A stretch of 64,000 nt of DNA from Phoronis australis (lineage: Eukaryota; Animalia; Phoronida), in NCBI GenBank assembly GCA_002633005.1, contig NMRA01000740.1, positions 107,872-171,871 of the forward strand, written 5' to 3'. A model generated the notes under the pieces. The model saw only the letters and a program-made list of their open reading frames with translations. It ran no database searches and had not been told where the DNA came from. The position numbers and the translations under genes were made by a program. How positions within the stretch are numbered: position 1 is the first letter of the stretch; each line of letters opens with the position of its first letter. This document shows positions 40,926 to 51,400 of this stretch, piece by piece.

Positions 40926-43900
40926 ATGGCTGCGCCCAGGTTGATTTCTCTTGATAACGCTAAAGCTCTAGTCGATGCTTTAGACTGCTTTTTGTTGGAT
41001 TGTGATGGTAAGCTAATGTGCCTTCCACTAAATTGGAATGACTTACTAAAGCCTAGGCTGATTTCTTCTGATAACGTTGAGGATTTCGTCGAATTTTCAC
41101 TCGGACCTCCACTGACTGACAGTGACACCGACAGTGACAAGTGACTGGTAATGTATTCCCGTATGTGGCTGACTAAACGGGGCTACAAGTACAATACTCC
41201 TCAGCGGCATCACTTTCTGTACTAGTTTTGTTTCGTGTATTTTGCCAAATCGGCTAACTAAGTAAGACGTTTTCACCTCGTCAAAAATACATTTTACACT
41301 TAAAATTATTACTTTAAAAAGCTGTTGTAGATGTGCTTCCGGTGAATTATTTGAACCTCTGTTAGTTACTCGCTAACGGGCAATTGCCTATTAGCTGAAT
41401 GGTTAGCACGCTTGCCAGTTTTATGGGGGTCGCTGATTCGATTCCCGGGTCGGATAATATCGGCTACTACTACAAAGCGCTTACCATGGCTCGACATAAC
41501 GAACTGCAGGTCGCATTTGCGACCTGAAATTTGGAAATGCGAGCTGAGATTTTTGTCAGCTCGTATCAAGTCGCAAAATGCGACTTAGAATTTCCAACGA
41601 ATGCGAGCTGAATTTTTACAATTCCCAACAGATACCTGGCAAATACAAAGCAGCTCTTGTTAATCCGACCATTATTTGGTTGTTGCCAAATCCAAGTTTA
41701 GGCACGTAAAACTGGCGGGAAAATTTTGCGACCTGGCATTTACGAATGCGAGCTGGATTTTGAAAATGCGACCTGGGATTTTGGCTAGGTCGCAAAATGC
41801 GACCTGGCGATTTTAATAGCATCGAGCCCTGATTACTTTCTTCAACAATCCTTTCTAGTTCTAAACATATCTGATGAAGCACGTCTTTGGGAATTAAGAC
41901 GGATAATGACTTTTGCAAAGAATTCCAACTCTTTTTTAGTAGCACATTAACCGCAAAATGTTTCAACTGATGTCATATGAGTAATTGGCAAGGAATAGTG
42001 CAAAACTGCACAAAGGACGTATCCATTTGCAAAAATACCATGGGAATATATGAGGTGGAATGTGTAAGATTTGTGTCCCTTGGACTTTTTGTTCATCAAT
42101 GGGCACGTCATTTCTGTAACTTCCTAAATAACACCTGGTGAGGGAATGTCAAGCTGAGCGCAACAGATTTTCACAGATGTTCAAATTATGTTGACTAAAT
42201 TGTCTAATGTGTCATGGTGTGTTTTAATTATGACTCCATTTTTCACTTAATTTAATTCGCTATATATTCTGAGATGGGAGTAAATTTATATGGGTTTGTA
42301 ACTATCACCCCTCTATATCTGTGACAATACAGACCAATATCCCAATTTAAGCCACTATATATAAAGTGGTTGTGCTGCCTCGCCTTGGCGTGGCTGCCAA
42401 TTGAATCTCAGGAGCGTAAACCCTGATTACCCCAAGCTTTCTTATTAAAGTTATAAGACATGGAATTGTGTCCCTGTGATGTTTAAGAGCCATCAATCTG
42501 CTGAGAAATTTTCAATCTGCTGCCCATGAATGCTTGATGACTCAATGTTGATTAATAAGGTAGCAGTTGCAACACCTGTCAGGTATTGCTTAATAATATA
42601 ACTGATGCCTAATGTATTCTCTCTGCAGGTTGAGCAGAGACTCCTCTTTTGGCTCTGTGCTATTATTAGTGTTTGTATATATCTGTACACAGTTCCGTTT
42701 GTGATAAACCAGCTCTTGTGCAAAAGTTAACTTCATTTTATCCAAAACCTGACTTTAAATAAAATTTCCTTTACTTTTTGCTGCTTTTTTGTTGTATGGT
42801 GATGCAGTGTGAATGAGACAGTACCGATGCGCTAATACTTACTGAAGCCGCAACACAGACATGGCTAAAATTCTGATTTTCCGGCCAAAATTTTGTGCAC
42901 GTTATTCCTGAAAACAAATTGTGATCTTTGGTTCAGGCATAAAAAATTCCCCAAAACCCTCTACGGAACTTATGCTGGACTCTTACATGCACAGCTAGCC
43001 GAAAGGAGTCTTTAGAGAATAGCATACCCAAGTTCTGTGCTATTTAAAAGCTTTCGAAACGTAAATTTAAAAATAATTTTGTCGCCCCCAGTGTGTTTAT
43101 GGTGGGTCCGATTATCTGAAAGCCCATTGACTTACTCAGGTCTGAGCGTAGCGTTGATGTATACAGCGAAGTTAACTGGGCCGTTCGTACTGGCTTTGGT
43201 AATTAATGAACATCGAAGTAAATGGTAGGTGATGCAGTCGTCATTGAAATTATCACAAGGTATCGCTGCACTCTAAGATTTTTTCAATGTAACAATTTGG
43301 GAACATTTACATGTGCTGATTGACGTAAAACTTATTTTAAATCGATTGGTGGTTACATAGAGAAAAATACAAGCAACTATTAGCAAAGGCACCACCGTGT
43401 AATTGTTGGCGATAACAGTGGCACGTGGCGATAACTTTGATAGGACCGAAGTTGACTGTTCATACTGCACTGCAGCGTCAACGCTCCGCTTTCAAATCCA
43501 TCTGTTAGTGCTAAGTTAACTGGCGCTGTTAATTTCGATCCAGAACCAAAGTTAAGCGTTCATACTTACTGCAACTCCCCAAAACATCGACACTTCAACT
43601 TTAGTATAATGAAAGGCCCTAAAAGCACGATAGCAGCCTGTGGCATCCATAGGCAATGCAATTACATTGCCTATGACTCCAACTGTTTTGATTTCTGGTC
43701 TCTCCCCCTCACAATGCATTTTGATGTGTACCTGTACAGTCTCTTCTCTACCTGTGTCGCTTGTTTTGTGTTTGTAACTGTTTTCTTGAGAATGGTTTAA
43801 TGAAATAAACCAAAGTGTTGGATTGGATAGATATGTCGTTACTTACTTAGACGCTAATTTTAAAGTTCGTGCTTCTGTTCTGGCCTAAATCAGATGTGAT

Positions 43901-46900
43901 CGACTGCATAGTGTCCTTGGCCATTGCAGCAGCTTTCGAGGTAGCAAACTGGCCGAGTTGCCCAATCTCAACCAGTGAGGGTGTCAAAGTAAGATTCTTT
44001 TCATGAAAGCTTTAAAATATAGCTGTCCATCAGGAGTGTTGGAAACTGACACTTCATTTACTCTAATGCTTACTGGGAATTTACGAACATAGGCTCATGG
44101 GCAGATATTCGAAAAACAATCTTTTTAGAAACCTCGAACAAAACCGAATATACCCCCGTTCGTATGTTTAGAAAGGGGGGGGCTTATTTTAGGAAATTGT
44201 GTGTCAACATTTTACTATGCAGTTTTTGTTTAACACTTACAATTAGTTAATATAGTGGCCATGATTGTAATGGCTGGGAATCACCAGATCTGATTTTATC
44301 TTGCACAGTTCAAGACGAAAGTAATTAGACAAGCTACCGTTACCCCTATCATGACAGCTGACCCTGTTAACACAAACACGACAGGTAATAATGGTAAGCA
44401 TGACAAACTTCTAATTGCAGAAAGTCTTGGCCACCTTGCTAACTTTTCTGTTCAATTCGTCTTCAATTCTTGGACATGAAGAATTAAGATTACTCTGATA
44501 TTCAATTCAGCTTCCGCCCAGCCGTCATGACCGGGCATTCCGGGTCATTTTGTCTGGCAAATTCTTTTGGCTTGTACTGCAGTAACTGTTGTGATATGTG
44601 TGTTCTAGGCGTCCTTTGGCATTCATCCAAGACCATAGATGGCGCTGTGGAAACTGTAAAGAAACTGAAACAAAAGGTTTGTATCAAGTGCAGTTGTATT
44701 ATTAGTATGCAGTTATCATTATCATTTTAATATTACTATGATTACGTCTGTTGTTCCATGTTTAGAGGTTACCTGTACTTTTCTCGCAAAGTGGCACGGT
44801 ATGAAGAGGAGCTGATGATCGTCTTCTGCATGGGCAATTCTTAATAAACAAGTTTTAATGCCTTTCCAAACCACAATTACCTGGTCCTCTTGGTTGATTC
44901 CTTCACAGGATCAGATAAAGTACTCAGTAGTCTCCGTCGACAAACAGTGAACAGTTAATCACCCTATTTGGTGTTGGAACATGGGATGTCATGACAATGA
45001 TAGAATTTTCAGTGATAGTGCAGGAAGTAATGGCTTTAAGCTGCTACAAACCTCCTTCTATTATAAACAACTTTTGAGTTAAATCACTGACAGTGTTGTG
45101 AAATTGATTCTCATGTCAGTACTCACCCAAATTAGTTATGGGCTTGAATAGAACTGACATTTCTTTATTGTCTGGTAACAGGCTTGATCAGTTGAGTTGT
45201 CATGGCAACTCATTTTATGCACTCTGACCTCAAGCTTTAGCTACTGACAATATTTCTTTCCAAGCCCAGAAAACACTTCTCGTCTCACTAACTTTAAGGA
45301 AAATTTAAGTCCAGGGCTGAGCTCTTTTGAGGCTTCTTTTGTGTGAATTTGACAAGATTAGACAAGTCTTCAAGAATTATGGCCATGTATTTCTAGTGAA
45401 GCATACACTGAAGTATATTTATTTCTCTCATAAATACAGAATGGGCTTTAGCTTTATAGTGCTAAGTTGTTTTTAAATCAAAAATGTGTTTCTTTATGGA
45501 ATATGGAATCATAGCAGCTTTAGTGGGCCATAATTGATCTTATGGCCAAAAACTGCATTTTTGTAATTGTTTGTGGTAGGGATCAACTTCTTGAACCAAT
45601 TGACTTTGACCAGAACTATAAAATGACAATACTGAAGTGACCGTGACCAATCGAGATGCCCCCTATTGGGTTTGCCATGAATCAATCGCCACTTACATAC
45701 CAATCATCGTTGTTGTCAGCCATCAGTTTGCTGAAGTGAAGGCCAATGACTAACAGTTAAATACAAATTAGTCTTAAAATCCTCTTCCGTTTACCGAGTG
45801 AGGCTTAGCTCAGCCAACATAGTGATGGACTGCCACAGCTGAGATAGTGAGTTCGATTTCGTTTTGGGGCCTAATCTCATAAAACTACATTTATCGCCAA
45901 TAATGTCATTTAAACAGCAATGACGACTGTCACATTTGATACTGTCTTTTATACCACAATATTAGCCTCGAATGGCAGATACAACTGTGTAGTAACCCAT
46001 AAAGTTATCTCACTAGTGAGATAACATTTTGGCGGGAAACCGAGGCCGGAGTCGAACCCGGGCCTCGGGCGTTGCTGGTCGCCGACTTCACCACTCAGCG
46101 GCTGATGTCATCAAGAGTGAAAATAGAATACTTAAATGAGCACGCGCAATAATCCCATGTACAACAAACTGCATTGCACTGACACAAATGTGAAAAACAA
46201 AACGCACAATTTCAATGAAAAACGACTTAATTCAGTAAAATTTAAAAAACAAATAAGTAACTTGTGAAGTAAGTTATACGACGTGTAGATACTTGAGAAA
46301 TGTAATAGAAATGAATCTAAATGTGCAAAACAAGAAGTAGGTCATATCAGTTCAAAATATTGTCTTCGCAGCTATTATTAGCAACAGCTAGTCGACATCT
46401 TCCTCGTGTTTTCTCTTTTCGGAGCTCTGACTTGATTTATTGTGATGTTGAATGTGTCACCGGTGATTGTTGAGTTTCCAAATACAGACGACAACCCTAA
46501 TGAGGCAGAGGAGGTGCGGGAAATTGAGATGTTACTGGAGGATGATGCACGTTCGCACCCTGTAAGTAAGGAGCATTAACGCCTCTGCTCGGTAATGTCT
46601 GCTGTATGGTAGTTGTTCAGGTTCTGTATATTCCTGTGTCCTGACAGCTGCTTCACGGTGGTTCGGGGCACTCCGGACTTGAGTAACATGGAACATGTTG
46701 TCTTTCTGACGCTGTGGTTTTTTTACGGCCAGCTATTCCAGCTGGCTCGCACATCCGCGGAACCATTTTGGCTAGAGTGTTTACACCAATCGGCTGCAAC
46801 GTGAACCAAGGCTGATCAGATGAAGGCCTACACTGCTTGGGTTTAAGATAAAATGGGCTGTCTGCGAGCATCATAATCTCTGGTCTCACTGCTTTGTATT

Positions 46901-48391
46901 TCTTATACGCAGCTGCTGGGCAGTGGGGTTGGTTTTCTTCCAACGCAAATTGCTTTGGTTTAAATGATCTGGTTAATGACCCATCTGATCTTGTTTTGGT
47001 TGCCCATTCATTGAACTCGATGTATTCTCCTTCCGTTGAACTGTGCAATGTGATATCGCCCCACTGGAGATTTCTATTCTCATCGTTTCCACAAAATCCT
47101 AACAGGAGAGTTTTATTCAACCACACCAAGTTGAGTAAAGCAGTTGGACTGTGCAGTCCAATTACTCCCCTGGCCCATAGAATTTCCTGATCATTGACAG
47201 TAAGCTCCTCTGCTTTATAACTTTTGTTGCCCTTTCCTTGAGCTTTCAGGTCTTTTCGCTTTGCTTGCAGCACTGCTCTTGATCCACTAAACACTTGATC
47301 ACTTAAAATCGAAAACTTGGAATCATTTTCTCGCAGAAAACGATCAATAGGTCTGTGAAAACTTAAAAGAGTGTCTGGCTCATACTTCGATCTGTCTCTC
47401 TTTTTTACTTCAAGAAAGAAACAGCTCAAATAAGCATCCAGCTCTTCTTTTGATAGCTCAAGGATGTGTCTCTTCTCAGCTTGTCTTGTCGCTGCCAGCC
47501 AGGTGTTGAATGTTTCCACGTCGTATTTTGTTTTTCTTACGGTGTTTGAATTTTTCTTCGATTCGACAAAGTCCTTAACGTCTCTAGCGTTAAACTTTTC
47601 ACGGTATCTGTCATTTTCTTCAAATTTGAGTTCATTGATTTCCAATTTAAATGTCGGTAGCTTGTCATCTGGAATCCTAGACATATTGTAACCAGGTAAC
47701 CTACTGTACTATAGCAGACGATATTTTGACGATAGACGCTTAGCATAAAATGTGTAGTAAGCTAGTCAGTTTGTTTAAAACTTGTTTTATAGGTTCACCT
47801 TATTTCTATTTTGTTTAAATTTTCAGTTGGTTTTGAGTAAAAACATTGCTTTAGCAAGAAATGACTCGGCGTTTCTTAAGAGGTCATGACCTCCGACCCC
47901 TTGTCTCTGACATGGAAAGCAATTCCATAGCCGAGGCGAGTCGAGAAAGGTAGATCGATTCATTGCAATGTTTGTCGTTTAGTATGTGGTATAAATAGAT
48001 TATTACATGTTCTCAGCCGTTATCCCCCTTATCTAGAGCCCTTGTGGGTTTTGGACAATAATTGTCCAAAATCCACAAGGGCTCTAGATAAGGGGATAAT
48101 GACTTCACCATGTAATAATCTATATTTATCTTTATCATTGCAGGGTAAGAAAGTGTTCTATGTAACGAACAACAACAGTAAAACTCAAGAAGAATGTCTC
48201 GTGAAATGTCTCCAGCTGGGATTTCCTGCTGAGAAGGTACATGTAACACCACCTGTAGGAAATGTCTATGAACGATTAACACTTTTAGTTCAAATAGAAA
48301 TAACCAAAACATAGTTTTTTCTCTTTTTAGAATTTATTCAAGAAAATACGCAATTACATTAAGAAATAACAAATATATGCTCACACACACG

Positions 48392-48428
<37 letters not shown>

Positions 48429-51400
48429 TCATGCTTCAAAATAATTGGTTAACTCGATTTAATTTTTTGCTATTGCTTTAAATATTTTTAGGGTTGTTGG
48501 TTTCAAATTTCTCAAAAGGAGACTATTTCTTAATTTGCAATATAGCTACAAAGCCAATATTTAAATGCTGGTATGTAGGTGGGTGTAATTTGGTCTTTAG
48601 AACACTGATGAATAATATATTGAGACATAGTTAAAATACTATAGACCTCAATGTTATCCTTGCCTTAGTTTAAATTATGTTGTGCTTGTATTTTGATTAT
48701 TAACCTCTGAACGTCATGTCACATATTAGAATATGTAGGTCCCAAGTGTGGATATTTAAGTTTTGTTAAACTGAAATGAATTTAAAGTTAAAATTCACCG
48801 CCTGTCGTGAAACATATTGGATAGCATATAAAATCACACATGAAAGATGACGCTCAAAAATCGAATCTGAACTGGGCGGAAGAAATTAACATTACTCATA
48901 GGTCTTGTAAACTGACCCATCAATTTGAGTTTGTGTGCGTGAATTGACCTATCGGCATGCTTTTCTATAAAGTTATCCATGGCTCAAGTATTAGGGCTGC
49001 ATAAACTGTGTTTTGCGTCTCCAAGGCTGTGCTTAGTGGTTGGTAGGTTGTGTTTGGCAGCCAGTGAACTGTGTTTGGTTGCTGGTGAACCATGCTTGTT
49101 GACGAACCATGCTTGTTGACGAACCGTGCTTGTTGGCGAACCGTGCTTGTTGGTGAACCGTGCTTGTTGGTGAACCGTGCTTGTTGGTGAACCGTGCTTT
49201 TTATGACCGTAAGCAGTGATCATGAGTACAACAGCGGTGCTGTTCGGGTAGCAAGACTAAAACATGAAAGACTTTTATTCAAAGCGATTTTGTTGTTTTT
49301 CAGGAGGACGTCATCTGTGCTTCCTATGTTTTGGCTGCCTATCTGAAGAATGTGCTCAACTTCACTGGCAAAGTCTATTTGATTGGCAGTATGGGTGTGG
49401 CCAAAGAGTTTGAAAATCATGGAATTGATTATACTGGTGTTGGGGTAAGACTGCAGGTTTCATTCTGATGACTTGCTGGTAATAGCCCCTTACAGTTAAT
49501 AGTCACTTGCTGTAGTCTCAGATTTTGAGAACGACTGAGTGGGCATCAAACTGTTCTCAAAATCAGGAATCCTTCTATGTGACTATTGCTGACTCATGAA
49601 GACCTTGGTTTATATTTTGGCTTCAGAAACAGACAACAAAAATGTTTTAAAGTACTTTTGTGTTTTTCAAAGTAAAAAATCCTATAAACATGTGGGTGAT
49701 ATCAGCCAACATCATGTTATTCAATGTTCATATATGTGCAATTTGATGCTCGTTATTCTGCATAACAGTAATAACAAATAATTATTAAACAGCAAATGTC
49801 TTCAACATATTTAATTCTTGTATGTGATGACACTTGAATTTCAATTTCAAAGGGAATGGATAAAAGTCTTATTTAAGCAACTGACCACTTTCATTAGCAA
49901 TAATCAAATTTCTTTCAAGTCAATAAATAAGTATAGACACTGATGTTGGCCAATAAACAGAAAAATCAGAAATCCCAACTGGGAATCAGTAATTGCACAG
50001 ATATTGGGTCCTCAGTAGGTCAGTGGTAAGATCATTAGACCAACAATCTAGAGACCTGTGGTTCAATTCCCAGTTGAGGTAGTTTCTGATTTTTCTGTGT
50101 TTATTTGATTGAAAACAAGTCGGGTGACTGTGTACCAGATATTGTTTGTTGTTATCTTTGGAGTACACATGGTGATGATAATCAAAGGAGGTTACTCTCA
50201 TTTTCACAATATTTATCTGTAGTCTCACAGTTGATTATATAATTGTCCGAAAAAGGCAAAACGCCACTCTTAGGATGGATGACACAACAGTTGGGTGCAA
50301 ACAGTAATTGCACAGATATCAGGTCCTCAGTAGCTCAGTGGTAAGAGCACTAGACAGGCTATCTAGAGACTTGCAGTTTGATTCCTAGTTGGGGATTCCT
50401 TATTTTGCTGTGTTTATTTGATATTCTTGGCCAACATCATTGTCAGTATATTTACTATATCTAATCAACACATACTGGTAAATTGCTGATTATAATTGTC
50501 CAAATCTCATGTGAAAAAGAAGAAATGTGTCTCATGGGATGGATGACATAACAGTTGACTGCACTGATATCGGGTCCTCAGTAGTTCAGCGGTAAGAGCG
50601 CTAGACCAGCAATCTAGAGACCTGTGGTTTGATTCCTTGTTGTGGTTCCTGATTTTTCTGTTTTAATATTTGATATTCAAATTTCTTTGGTAACTTGTCA
50701 ATGAGTTTTTTGCTATTCATGAGAAGAATCTTAGGTTGCCACCCTCACAGGTCAAGGTTGGGCTATTCAACCGGTTTATGTACCTCGGAATCTGCAGGTA
50801 TTGATCAAAGACATCATGCTGCTATACTTAATGAGATGGCCTCAGGCTCCTGGTGTTATTGTTCTCTAGATTATCAGAGCCATCATAAACACAGTGGGGG
50901 CGACAATAGTGTTTTTGAAAGTTTTCATTTTGACAGTTTTTATTATTTAAATAGTTGGTGAAATGTACACGTGATTAGGTTTTTGAATTTTGAAAATGAG
51001 ACAAGAAATGTGACTTTTGCAGCCTAAAACGTTTGTATAATGTTGTCTGTTCCTCATTAATTCTCCCGGGTGTGCAAAATAATTGGGTCATTTACCATCA
51101 AGTAATAGTTGGATTTTAGGCAAGCCAAGTATCATTGTACTTTAACAATTCTTGGCATGTGTAAACGCATAAAGTAAATATATTTTAAAAATTCCTCGTG
51201 ACCACAGAATTTTTTATGTGACAAGAATAAGACCCAGTACCATGAAATATTACAATGGAGATTGCCATAACTTCCACAGACATGAATTGTTTTGCATGAA
51301 AATTGGAAATTGTTTTCCTTATTCTGATAACTACAATTAACGTGTCGTTGATTTTACAGCCAAGTTCTCGCACCTAAAGGCTTCAAATAAAATCTCATTA

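Larger units (their letters stand above)
45948..47995 (-). mobile_element. Crypton-type (tyrosine recombinase) DNA transposon, decayed, antisense in PGP intron 2
   Basis: Bounded by an 11-bp inverted repeat TTTATACCACA (45948-45958) / TGTGGTATAAA (47985-47995); encodes an intronless DUF3504-like tyrosine recombinase. True ends could extend a little further. Confidence 0.8.

Noticed and set aside
41616-41966. 116-aa - strand ORF
   Set aside because: Overlaps a MITE with internal repeats; no domain similarity.
46714-46730. Programmed -1 frameshift in the Crypton ORF
   Set aside because: The A7 run is not an in-phase X XXY YYZ heptamer. Other lesions (Arg to Cys, internal TAA) point to simple decay.
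46378-47684. Bacterial or phage integrase contamination, or horizontal transfer
   Set aside because: The motif set is the eukaryotic DUF3504/Crypton type and it is embedded in an intron of a normal spliced gene.
49083-49199. CRISPR-like repeat array
   Set aside because: The repeats are contiguous with no unique spacers, there are no cas genes, and the context is a eukaryotic intron: a minisatellite.
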